From Mobula hypostoma (taxonomy: Eukaryota), in NCBI RefSeq assembly GCF_963921235.1, contig NC_086107.1:100380001-100444000 (forward strand): a DNA stretch of 64,000 nt, in the 5' to 3' direction. Both the position numbers and the translations under genes were made by a program. Shown one piece after another: positions 38,328 to 49,873 of the stretch. The notes beneath the pieces are model-generated. The model saw nothing but the letters and a program-made list of their open reading frames with translations, made no database searches and was not told the DNA's origin. Every line of letters starts with the position of its first letter. Position 1 is the stretch's first letter.

Positions 38328-39232
38328 TTCTATGTCAGCAAGACAAAAGAAATGGCTGTAGACTTCAGGAAGGTGAAGTCGAGGGATCACACACCAGTCC
38401 TCATTGAGGTGTCAGCAGTGGCAAAGGTGAGCAGTCTCAAGTTTCTGGGTGTCAACATCTTAGAAGATCTATCCTGGGCCCGACATATTGATGTAATCAT
38501 GAAGAAAGCAAGCCAGTGGCTATATTTCATTAGGAGTTTGAGGATCCACTGGTTGGGGTTGCCCTTTATCCGTTCTACTAGTCAAATCCTGAGAGAGCCT
38601 GCAACAAATTAGTCATCCTTCATAAAATTACATTGACTATTCTGAATCCTACTATTCTTTTCAAGGTATTCTGTATCAACATCCGTCATTACAGTTTCCA
38701 GTATTTTCCCCTACCATTGACATCACATGATGCTTCTTAATGAGGCTGCTTCATCGTGGTATTGCAGCCTCCTCTGCACCTGGGATTGAGACACATCCTC
38801 GGAACATAGCTGAGGTAACTTCAGTCAGAACCTAACCATGCAGGACCTAATCCCGAACACTTTGTGTATACAGTACATGTCTGAAATGAAAATTGTTTCA
38901 TTCACCAGTTTTGACCTTTCATCAGGATCTACACACGCTTCAGCAAATAACAAGAAAAGATGTATTTAAATAACAGCTTTCACAATCTTCAGGCAAGCCA
39001 AAGCATTCTACAGCTAACTAATTATTCAGTAGTGTGCAATTGTTTGAAATCAAATAACCTTGCCTGGTGTCTCAGGGCTGGGTGTAGCTGGACCCGCGCC
39101 TCTCCCCACCCCGACACTCCTTCTCTGCCACCTGTCTCACACCCCTCCCGTGGCGTTCCACCCCTGGCATTCCCAACATCGTTTGCTCCTGCCAGATTTA
39201 CAAACTTGCTCTCCACTCCACGTTGTCAAATA

Positions 39233-39299
39233 CAGTATTGTGAAAACATCTTAGGTGCCCTGGCTATTTACATGTGCCCAAGATTTTTGTACAGTACTG
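39233..39299. mobile_element. 67-bp Tc1-type mini-MITE (TIR-TIR)
   Basis: TA-CAGTATTGTGAAAACATCTTAGG...CCCAAGATTTTTGTACAGTACTG-TA. Confidence 0.7.
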
Positions 39300-40383
39300 T
39301 AGTAATCAGAAAAGGCAAGAAAAAAAATAACTAACAAATTGTGTACACTCCCATTAACAGCAAATAAGATAAATCACTAGATACTACAACAACAAATGGG
39401 GCCACACAGCAATGAACAATGTCTGCTTTTCTTCGTGCTTATCCTTAATCAGTCTGTTATTTGCCTCTCAAGTAGCTGGTGCAGATTAATAACCCTACAG
39501 AGTTTATAGGTTACAAGTAAACAAGTCTTATCTTCTTGGAAGGATTTCATGAATAACAGCGCCAAGTTTGAACAATGGGTGAATTCAATAAAAACAATTA
39601 CAAAAAAGGAAAGGAATCAAAATAAAGGGTTAAGAGAAAAAAAGTAATAAGATACTTAAAACACATTTAACTATAATTGAAATCTTTAAGATTTTACAAC
39701 AGTCATAGGTAGCTAACATTCAATGCAGCGAGACAGCAGTAATCAGCATTTACCAGCATTCTTAAATTTGAGGTTATTTAATTTCCTGTAACACATTCGG
39801 TGACATCAACAGTGCAAACATGTCATTCCACTGCAAGTTTAAATGAGGAACCCAGCAGCAAGTCGGTGGACAGAAATCTTTCAACTGGCATTTTTAACAA
39901 CACATCTCCTCCAATATGAAGGTGCTGAGTAATTGCATACATGATCAGCAGTATTTTGTCAATCAGCCTATGTGCATTTAGTGATCAATGATGTTGGCCA
40001 AGGTATAAATATTCAACGAGAGAGATGAAGAGTACTTCTCTGCTCTTTAAGTAGTACTACGTGTTTTGTTATTCCCACCCAAGGAGAAAGACCCAAAATG
40101 CAGTACAGCATTTCCTCAGTACTGTGCTAAAATGGCAGCCTGGATAATGGCTCAAATCTCTGGAGTGGGATCTGAATCCACTACCTCTGCCTAATGAACC
40201 ATGGTCAACATGTTAACTTGGACTGAACAAAACTATATAATCATCAAGAAGCCATAAGCAAACGCTACAGCAATTTGAAAAAATTAATTACTGTAAGCTT
40301 TGTAAAAGTATATTTACACTATTTGCTACAGTTAGTACAATATCTTTAGCAACAACCTCTCCTCAAGTGCTTGCTTCATTTAC

Positions 40384-40490
40384 CTTGTAGCAGTCATTCG
40401 CCAAGAGTTGTAGGAGGCTGAAAGACTCTCCAGATGTCTCCATCTTTAGATAAAGCTCCCATGCCATACGTGGTTTCTTGTTCATGATAT
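40384..40490 (-). CDS. TTC26: IFT56/TTC26 exon (Y)[35 protein letters not shown] (107 nt)
   Basis: AG/GT boundaries, phase 1-0; inside ORF 40363..40551. Confidence 0.97.
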
Positions 40491-40759
40491 CTAGGAAGGA
40501 TGGAAAGAATAAGAACTTTTGAAATTGAGTCAGCACCACACTTGTATGCAAAGACTAGGCATCAGAAAATAGGGGAAAGGATATGGGATATGCAGCAGTA
40601 TCTCACAAATGAGATAGTTCTTGTGTTACAAAGACCTTCTTCTATAAACTATAGTGCTCTAGGAGCATTTATATTTTATGGCAAAAATGCCGAGTAAGCA
40701 AAGGGTTAGTTTTTTTCTGTAAATGCCATGAGCTCAACCACTACATATGTAGTCTGCTG

Positions 40760-42632
40760 AGAACTAGATCTATGGCATTGAAGACTGGCGATCCAGAACT
40801 GTACAAGAAGTCCACATATGACATAGGGAAGATTATTTTAAGAGTGAAAAAATAATTCCGATTGAGGTTAGAGAAGGAATTGGATGCTTGTTAGCTCTGG
40901 CAGGGTTTGTAGTCCATTACTTCCTATAAACTGAAACCTATAATGGCTGCAATGCTTCATTCCCAGATGAACTCTATGTCTTTTGGGCACACTTTGAAAG
41001 GGAGAATACAACTACACCTGTGCGAATCCCTACAGCATCCAGTGACCCTGAGATTTCTGTCTCCAAGGCCAAAGTCTGAACATCTTTCAAGAAGATGAAC
41101 CCTCACAAGGCATCAGGCCCTGATAGTGTAGCTGGTAGGGCTCTCAAAGCCTATGCCAACTGTCTGGCAAGAGTGTTCAAGGATATCTTCAATCTCGAAC
41201 TGCTGCAGTCAGAGATTCCCACCTGCTTCAAAGGTGCAACAATCATACCAGTACCCAAGAAGAGCAGGGTGAGCTGCCTCAACAACCATCATCCAGTAGC
41301 ACTCGCGTCTACTGTGATGAAGTGCTTTGAGAGGTTGGACATGGCTAGATTCAACTCCTGCCTAAGTAAGGAACTAGACCCATTGCAATTTGCCTGTCAT
41401 TCAATAGGTCTAGAGCAGATGAAACCTCATTGGCTCTCCACCCAGCCTTGGATCACCTGGACAATAGTTGGTATTAGCTGTTCATTGGCTGCTGTTTATT
41501 GATTACAGCTCAGTGTTCGGCACAATCACTCTCTCAGTTTTAATCAATAAGTTCTAAAACCTGGGCCTTGGTACCATCTTCTGCAACTGGATCCTTGACT
41601 TCCTCACTGGGAGACCACAATCTGTGCACTTCAGAAATAACATCTCCTCCTCGCTGACCATTAACACTGGGGCACCTCAAGGATGAGTGCCTTGCCCACT
41701 GCTCTACTCCATCTACACCCATGACTGTGTAGATAGGCACAGCTCAACTGCCATCTATAAATTTGCTGATGACACAACTTTTGTTGGCAGAGTTTCAGAC
41801 AGCGATAAAGGTCTTCAGGAGCGAATTTAACACATTTCACGACACATGTCAGTGATAATAAACCTGATTCTGGTTCTGAGATAGATCAGCTGGTCGAGTG
41901 GTATCGCAACAACAACCTTGCACTCAATGTCAGTAAGACCAAGGAAATAATTGTGGGGTTCAGGAAGGGGTAGTCAAAGGAACACACACCAGTCCTCATC
42001 TAGGGATCAGCAGTGGAAAGGGTGAGCAGTTTCAAGTTCCAGAAATACTGGCACATAGAGGGTCTTTCTTGGGCCCAACATTTCGATGCAATTACAAGAA
42101 AGCACATCAGCAGCTCTACTTCATTAAGAGTTTGAGGACACTTGGTATGTCACCAAAGACTCAAATTTCTGTAGTTGTACCATGGAGAGCATTCTAACTG
42201 GTTGTATAATCATCTGGTATGGAGGGGCCACTACACAGGATCAGGAAAAGCTGCAGAAAGTTGTAAACTCAGCCAACTCCATCATGGGCACGAGCCTCTC
42301 CAGCATTGAGGACACCTTAAAAAGGTGATGCCTCAGAAAGGCGGCATCCATTATTAGGAGCCCCATCACCATCAAGGAGGTGGTACAGGAGCCTGAAGAC
42401 ACACACTCAACCTTTCAGGAACAGTTTCTTCCTCTCCACCATCAGATTTCTGAATGGACAATAAATTCATGAACACTATCTTATTTCCCCCCCCTCTTTT
42501 TACACGACTGATTTAATTTATTTTTTATACATACTGCTTATTATAATTTACAGTTTTTTATAGCATTGTACTACTGCCGCAAAACAACAAAATTTCATGA
42601 TATATGCCAGTGATATTAGACCTGATTCTGAT
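40760..42632 (+). mobile_element. Rex1/Babar-like LINE, decayed RT to 3' end
   Basis: KASGPD...IIPVPKK...PVALASTVMKCFERL, GAPQG, KFADDT; typical ...AAACCTGATTCTGA 3' end. Confidence 0.75.
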
Positions 42633-42842
42633 TTATTTCATGCTTTCTTACAGGGACACCACAGAACAAAGCAGACTAAGGTGGCTTCAAGTCTTTGTGC
42701 TAGAGCACACTGCTATTCCTGTGTATAATCATTTCAGCTTTGTAGCAGAAAAGTTGACTCATTAAACTGGCTTCAGTGAAGTATGACTGCTTTACACCAA
42801 GTGATCTGTCTTTCCTGACCTATCCTGCATTGTCATGCTAGT

Positions 42843-43023
42843 AAACACGAGGAATTCTGCAGATGCTGGAAATTCAAGCAACACACATCAAAGTTGCTGG
42901 TGAACGCAGCAGGCCAGGCAGCATCTCTAGGAAGAGGTACAGTCGACGTTTCAGGCCGAGACCCTTGGTCAGGACTAACTGAAGGAAGAGCTAGTAAGAG
43001 ATTTGAAAGTGGGAGGGGGAGGG
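42843..43023 (-). mobile_element. Penelope pLTR fragment with hammerhead remnant (42941-42976, CTGACCA)
   Basis: Near-identical to the pLTR of the 44.6 kb copy. Confidence 0.88.
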
Positions 43024-43046
43024 TGAGTTCTGTTAAACAGTCTATA

Positions 43047-43544
43047 CACCTAGTGGCCACTTTATTAGGTACACCTGCACATTAATGCAGTTACCTAAAC
43101 AGTCAATCATGTGGCAGCAACTCACTGCATGAGAGCATGCAGACACGGTCAACAGGTTCAGTTATTGTTCAGACCAAACATAAGGATAGGGAAGAAATGT
43201 GTTCAAAGTGACTTTGACCGTGGAATGATTGTTGTTGCCAGACAAGGTGCTTTGAGTATCTCAGAAACTGCTGATCTCCTGGGATTTTCATACACATCAG
43301 TCCCTAAACTTTACAGAGAATGGTGCGAAAAACAAAAAAACATCCAGTGAGCAGCATTTCTGAGTGTGAAAACCCCTTGTTAATGAGAGTGGTTGGAGGA
43401 GAATAGCTGGACTGGTTCAAGCTGACAGGAAAGTGACAGTAACCACACATTACAACAGCAGTGTGCAGAAGACTTATTTCTGAACACACAACACGTCGAA
43501 CCTTGAAGTGGACAGCCTTCAGCAACAGAACACCACGAACATAC
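43047..43544. mobile_element. Second copy of the Tc1-type non-autonomous element (right end lost)
   Basis: TA + CACCTAGTGGCCACTTTATTAGGTACACCTG; body aligns with 6744-7290. Confidence 0.78.
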
Positions 43545-43839
43545 TGTTAGGTACCCCGTAACTGGGTTGCCAAACCAGCAGAAATGGACCACTTAGTTGG
43601 AGTCTGGTTAACAGAAACTAATAAAGTTTTATTACAGAAATAAGCAACACAGTACTCTAATCGTAGGGATATAAATGCAACAGGTTAGCAATGATAAAAC
43701 ACACATGTACACAGAACTAGGGTGAGAGGAATCAATCAAGCTCTATCGCAGTCTAGGGTAAAATGATCAGTCTCAAGTGACGCAGAGTTCAGTTCAGCTT
43801 AGTACAGTTTGCAGTAATTGCTGTTGTGCCGTTGGGGGG

Positions 43840-43878
<39 letters not shown>

Positions 43879-44395
43879 TATGCAAATCTGATTCAGACAG
43901 ACCTTTGACGTTTTTCGCAGTTAGCTTTCGGGCAAACCCTTTTAATATCTTCTGTGGTCACCGACTGTGACCCCTCCGTTCTGGATACGATCGTTCTTCT
44001 GCGGTGAACCTGGCACCCAGGCAAGGGCGGACACACACACCAGGTTCCCGCCGATCGTACCTTTTCACCCTGTGCGTCTATGGTCGGTTCCCGCGACCAG
44101 ACCTCCAAACTCTCACCAACTTGTGGGGGCACACTGCTCTTCCAGGGTCTCGTTATCTCGTGGTGTGTCTCATGCCTTAGCGAACCTGTTCCTTTTATCC
44201 CCCTGCTGGGGTATCGCCTGTCCATCAAACTTCAAACAGTTCAGGTTCAAAGCAACCGGTCTGTCAATACTCGGAACTGTGTCTCTTTTCGTTAATCTCT
44301 CTCTTCTCTCTTATTAGCATTTTGAATGTTTCTCCATTGTCTCCCTTATCTCTCTCATCAGCATCAATCTTCTGATAACTTGGTTTGTCGTCACA
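43545..44395 (-). mobile_element. Solo LTR, same family as 5889-6739
   Basis: TG...CA ends; ATAC TSD at 43541-43544 and 44396-44399; internal (GA)n run. Confidence 0.82.
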
Positions 44396-44556
44396 ATACA
44401 CAAACACAAGTATACGGGGCAAAGAGATAGCAGGAAATGGAGATGAGAGTGGACAAAGGGTAGAATTACTTTTCACTGGAATGAAAAATCAGGACTGATA
44501 GTTGAATGCAGAAGTGGCCCACATGGTAAGGCTAATCTAGCATTTAATAAGATCAT

Positions 44557-46196
44557 AAACAACAGGAATTCTGCAGATGCTGGAAATTGAAGCAACATAC
44601 ATCAAAGTTGCTGGTGAACACAGCAGGCCAGGCAGCATCTGTAGGAAGAGGTGCAGTCGACGTTTCAGGCCGAGACCCTTCGTCAGGACTAACTGAAGGA
44701 AGAATGAGTAAGGGATTTGAAAGTTGGAGGGGGAGGGGGAGATCCAAAATGATAGGAGAAGACAGGAGGGGGAGGGATAGAGCCAAGAGCTGGACAGGTG
44801 ATAGGCAAAAGGGGATACGAGAGGATCATGGGACAGGAGGTCCGGGAAGAAAGACGGCGGGGGGGGGGGAACCCAGAGGATGGGCAAGAGGTATATTCAG
44901 AGGGACAGAGGGAGAAAAAGGAGAGTGAGAGAAAGAATGTGTGCATAAAAATAAGTAACAGATGGGGTACGAGGGGGAGGTGGGGCTTTAGCGGAAGTTA
45001 GAGAAGTCGATGTTCATGCCATCAGGTTGGAGGCTACCCAGACGGAATACAAGGTGTTGTTCCTCCAACCTGAGTGTGGCTTCATCTTTACAGTAGAGGA
45101 GGCCGTGAATAGACATGTCAGAATGGGAATGGGATGTGGAATTAAAATGTGTGGCCACGGGAGATCCTGCTTTCTCTGGCGGACAAGAGCGTAGATGTTC
45201 AGCAAAGCGGTCTCCCAGTCTGCGTCGGGTCTCGCCAATATATAAAAGGCCACATCGGGAGCACCGGATGCAGTATATCACCTTAGTCGATTCACAGGTG
45301 AAGTGTTGCCTCACCTGGAAGGACTGTTTGGGGCCCTGAATGGTGGTAAGGGAGGAAGTGTAAGGGCATGTGTAGCACTTGTTCCGCTTACACGGATAAG
45401 TGCCAGAGTTGTATACAACTCCCTTGTCCATTCGTCCCCCCCATCCCACCCCACTGATCTCCCTCCTGGCACTTATCCGTGTAAGCGGAACAAGTGCTAC
45501 ACATGCCCTTACACTTCCTCCCTTACCACCATTCAGGGCCCCAAACAGTCCTTCCAGGTGAGGCAACACTTCACCTGTGAGTCGGCTGGGGTGATATACT
45601 GCGTCCGGTGCTCTCGATGTGGCCTTTTATATATTGGCGAGACCCGACGCAGACTGGGAGACCGCTTTGCTGAACATCTACGCTCTGTCCGCCAGAGAAA
45701 GCAGGATCTCCCAGTGGCCACACATTTTAATTTCACATCCCATTCCCATTCTGACATGTCTATCCACGGCCTCCTCTACTGTAAAGATGAAGCCACACTC
45801 AGGTTGGAGGAACAACACCTTATATTCCGTCTGGGTAGCCTCCAACCTGATGGCATGAACATCGACTTCTCTAACTTCCGCTAAGGCCCCACCTCCCCCT
45901 CGTACCCTATCTGTTACTTATTTTTATGCACACATTCTTTCTCTCACTCTCCTTTTTCTCCCTCTGTCCCTCTGAATATACCTCTTGCCCATCCTCTGGG
46001 TTCCCCCCCCCGCCGTCTTTCTTCCCGGACCTCCTGTCCCATGATCCTCTCGTATCCCCTTTTGCCTATCACCTGTCCAGCTCTTGGCTCTATCCCTCCC
46101 CCTCCTGTCTTCTCCTATCATTTTGGATCTCCCCCTCCCCCTCCAACTTTCAAATCCCTTACTCACTCTTCCTTCAGTTAGTCCTGACGAAGGGTC
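44557..46196. mobile_element. Penelope-like element inserted as a long inverted duplication (GIY-YIG C-terminal half + pLTR on each arm)
   Basis: Both arms encode VIYC..CSRCGLLYIGET...EEQHL.FRLGSLQPDGMN (GIY-YIG). Arms are 44674-45406 and 45466-46196; 14-bp TSD TTTAATAAGATCAT at 44543-44556 and 46197-46210. Confidence 0.93.
44655..44690 (-). ncRNA. Minimal type I hammerhead ribozyme motif, intact core
   Basis: Minus strand reads AGTC CTGACGA AGG GTCTCGG CCT GAAA CGTC/GACT. Confidence 0.8.
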
Positions 46197-47362
46197 TTTA
46201 ATAAGATCATGTTCTGACCTGACTGTAACCTCAACTCCCAACTGAAACCCTAGAAAACTTCTATAAATGTACCATGGAGAGCATTCTGACTGGCTGCATC
46301 ACTGTCTTGTATGGGGGGGGGGGGGCTACTGCATAAGACCATAGTATGTTGCAGAAACTTGTAAAATTAGTCAGCTCCATCAAAGGTACTAGCCACCACA
46401 GTATTCAAGGAGTGGTGCCTTAGGAAGGTGGGGTCCATCGTTAAGGACCCCCACCACCCAGGACATGCCCTCTTCACATTGTTACTGTCAGGAAGGAGGT
46501 ACAGAAGCTTGAAGGCACACATTCAGTGATTCAGGAACAACTTCTTCCCCTCTGCCATCCGATTCCGAAATGGACATTGAACCCATGAACACTACCTCAT
46601 TACCTTTCTATTTGTTCTTTTTTGCACTACTCGTTTTAACTTAACTACATATATATCATATATTGATATATGATGGCTTTTAAGCCGAAGGCAATTGAAT
46701 AGGATCAATCCTCTTATCAGTGATCTTCATTTTCTAAAGAAAATATCACAGTAATTTGCATTATTCACCCACTGTTCCAGACAGGCCACAGCCAAGTTAG
46801 TTCATCCCAACGGGGGCAATGATATGTCCCCAACTGGTCTAGTGGTGTGATGAAAAGGAAGAAATAAACATACAGCGTTCCTGCTCAGGATTTTATAATC
46901 CACTGAAGGATCTATGAGATTGTGTTGTGAGTTTTTGCAAAGGCGCACAACATGATTGCACACAATATTTAGAGACTAATGTATCACAACTTAGCCAGCT
47001 ACATTTCACAGAAACAAAGGTTTAAAATTATTCATACATCTGAGATATCAATTGAATCTCTCCTGGTTTCCTTAAAGTTAGATTTAGGTGTCAAAAATCT
47101 CCCTGCCCACTAGGCAGTAGAAACAAAAGCTTGTGAACATGTACTAGCAGATTCAAGGACAGCTTCTATCCCACTGTTATAAAGCTCTTGAACGGACCCC
47201 TTAAACGATAAAAATGAACTATTCTTCTCTCAAACTATCTTGTCATGTGCTTTGCATTATTTGTTTATCTGCACTGCACTTTCTCTGTAACTGCAACACT
47301 ATATTCTGCCTTTTTTCTCATTTCACAACCTTAATGTACATAAGTATTCAATGGTCTGTACA

Positions 47363-47935
47363 TCAGAATCAGAATCAGGTTTATCATCACCAGCATGTGA
47401 CGTGAAATTTGTTAACTTAGCAGCAGTAGTTCAATGCAACACATAATCTAGCAGAGAGAGAAAAAAATAACAAATAAAATAAAACAATAAATAAACAAAT
47501 CAATTACGTATATTGAATAGATTATTAAAAATGTGCAAAAACAGAAATACTGTATATTTTTTAAAAAGTGAGGTAGTGTCCAAAGCTTCAAAGTCCATTT
47601 AGGAATTAGATGGCAGAGGGGAAGAAGCTGTTCCTGAATCGCTGAGTGTGAGCCTTCAGGCTTCTGTATCTCCTACCTGATGGTAGCAGCGAGAAAAGTG
47701 TATGCTCTGGGTGCTGGAGGTCTTCAATAATGGACGCTGCCTTTCTGAGACACCGCTCCCTAAAGATGTCCTGGGTACTTTGTAGACTAGTGCCCAAGAT
47801 GGAGCTGACGAGATTTACCACCTTCTGCAGCTTCTTTCGGTCCTGTGCAGTAACCCCTCCATACCAGATGGTGATGCAGCCTGTCAGAATGCTCGCCATG
47901 GTACAACTATACAAGTTTTTGAGCGTATTTGTTGA
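47363..47935 (-). mobile_element. Rex1/Babar-like LINE 3' fragment (related copies near 8660-9050, 46245-46640, 60340-60955)
   Basis: ORF 47606..47941 SILTGCITIWYG...LLPSGRRYRSL...NSFFPSAI; (TCAGAA) tail. Confidence 0.75.
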
Positions 47936-48473
47936 TGGCATTAAAACAAAGTGTTTTCACTCTCAGTACATATCACAATAATAAACCAATTACCAAAAGA
48001 TACATAATGCTTAACGGTAGGACAACCTCACTCTCATCACACAACTTGTCATTACTTTTGCCTAGAATATCTCTTGATTCTGAAAGTATTTTATCAGCTG
48101 AACCAGCCTGCAGTCAATTAAATACATGATGTATTGTTGGCAGTTGATGGCGAATGTGCAAACACGATTAATTGCAGCAATGTTTAAGCACCAAAATCAA
48201 GAAGGACTGTTCTAGAATGGAGACACAGGAGACTGCAGATGCTGGAATCCTTTTTGTTTTGGAATCTAGCAGCCCCTGCCTTAGCCTCCCCCTTTCCTCT
48301 CTATATTGGCCATCCTCTCACTCTGCTTTTTGCCCTGATGCAGGTTCACGCCTGAAAACTCCACCCATGCCTTTCCTCTACAGATGTTGCCTAACTCACT
48401 GAGTTCCTCAAGCAGTTCTTTTCTTAAATTGTTCTAGATAATCATGGCTTCAGCTAGACAATGTTTCACTTAC

Positions 48474-48543
48474 AGCAACGAGCCAGCCAGCTGAGGTAAA
48501 TGTAGTCATTCTTCAGCTTCTCATTCTGAATCAGCTGAAATAT
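48474..48543 (-). CDS. TTC26: IFT56/TTC26 exon IFQLIQNEKLKNDYIYLSWLARC (70 nt)
   Basis: AG/GT boundaries, phase 0-1; matches human ...KNDYIYLSWLARC. Confidence 0.95.
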
Positions 48544-49789
48544 CTGAGAAATCAAGTTTTAAAAAATGCAATGTTTAGTAAAGGGAAGTGTTAAACTAGT
48601 TAATATTCTGCTCATGCACAAGAATGATGATATAAAGGAAAACCATGCACTATAATTGAGAAAAGGATCAGGAAGTTAAAATTTTATAAAAAGAGCCTAC
48701 ATTGACGAGGAACATAAGAGACTGCAGATGCTGGAATAAGGAGCAACAAACTATCTGCTGAAGAAACTCAGCAGGTCAAGTAGCTTGAAGCAAGGAGGCC
48801 AGGAAACATTTTGCTTTGCATAGTGGTCAACAAATGGAATAAGGGGATAACCCATTGATCTTATTTAAGAATAAGGTGTTCAAAGATCAAAGTAAATTTA
48901 TGATCAAAGATGAGCCTTGTTGTGACAGTGCTTCTTGTAGAAGTGCTCAGTGTGGTCATTTATATTCCATAAAGATGAAATCAAATGAACATTCAAAGTT
49001 CTGACAGCAGAACCCAACTCTGATATTATGCTCTATTCAATTTTTATCCTTGTAAAGAAAAAAAAATACATTTTGTTCCCAGTTTTACTAAAATTAACAA
49101 AAGAAATTCTGAAATTACTCCAAGACCAGTGAAACAGATTGTGTTAAGCCAATTTATCAACTCCCCTGTATGTTGAAACCGCAGGCTAAAAGTATCAGAA
49201 ATCCAAGCAACAGGCAGTGAAACTGGACATGCAACAAATTTTAGATGTTTGAAATCTGAAATAAAAACAGAAAATGCTAGGAACAGTTAGCAGGTCAAAT
49301 GACATCTGTAGGCAGAGAAACAAAGTTAACATTTTGGATCAATGACCCTTCATCAAAACTCCAACTCCGTCTTTCTCTTCACAAATGTCAGGTACTGTAC
49401 CTCCAACAATTTTGCTCCTAAAGCACTTTAGTCTGTAACTTGTGTCCTGCAGCTCATTGCAGTTTGATCTGACTAGTCTAATCGATGATTATACAATAGC
49501 TTTAAGTTGCCGGGTCCAGGGAAGGAAGGACAGGGCAATTTGGATGGTGCACCCATGGGATTGCCTTACACTAATGACACTATTGAATGCAAATCAATGA
49601 AACCTGAAGTCACACTTTACTTGTCTGTTCTCCTCAGCCAACAGAGCAAATTGTAAGTCCTTTTCTGGTCTTGGCACCAAAGGTTACAATAAATGCAAAC
49701 AGAATGGATTTAAAATATTTGCACAATGTTCATCTAAGCTGACGCCCAAGGTCAAAGCTCAAGTACTTGAACAAACAGCAACAACTTAC

Positions 49790-49873
49790 TTCTTCAGCTT
49801 CCTTGAAGTTGCCAACAGCTGCTTTTGCCTGTGCATAGTTGAAGTTAAAAAGGTCATCATTGTAGAAGTAACT
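49790..49873 (-). CDS. TTC26: IFT56/TTC26 exon SYFYNDDLFNFNYAQAKAAVGNFKEAEE (84 nt)
   Basis: AG/GT boundaries, phase 0-0; matches human SYFYNDDIFNFNYAQAKAA. Confidence 0.95.

Noticed and set aside
44988..45884. Two mirrored 193-aa ORFs with identical N-termini as a novel bidirectional nuclease gene
   Set aside because: The shared N-terminus is antisense read-through of the opposite palindrome arm from a non-ATG start; only the C-terminal GIY-YIG part is real Penelope coding sequence.
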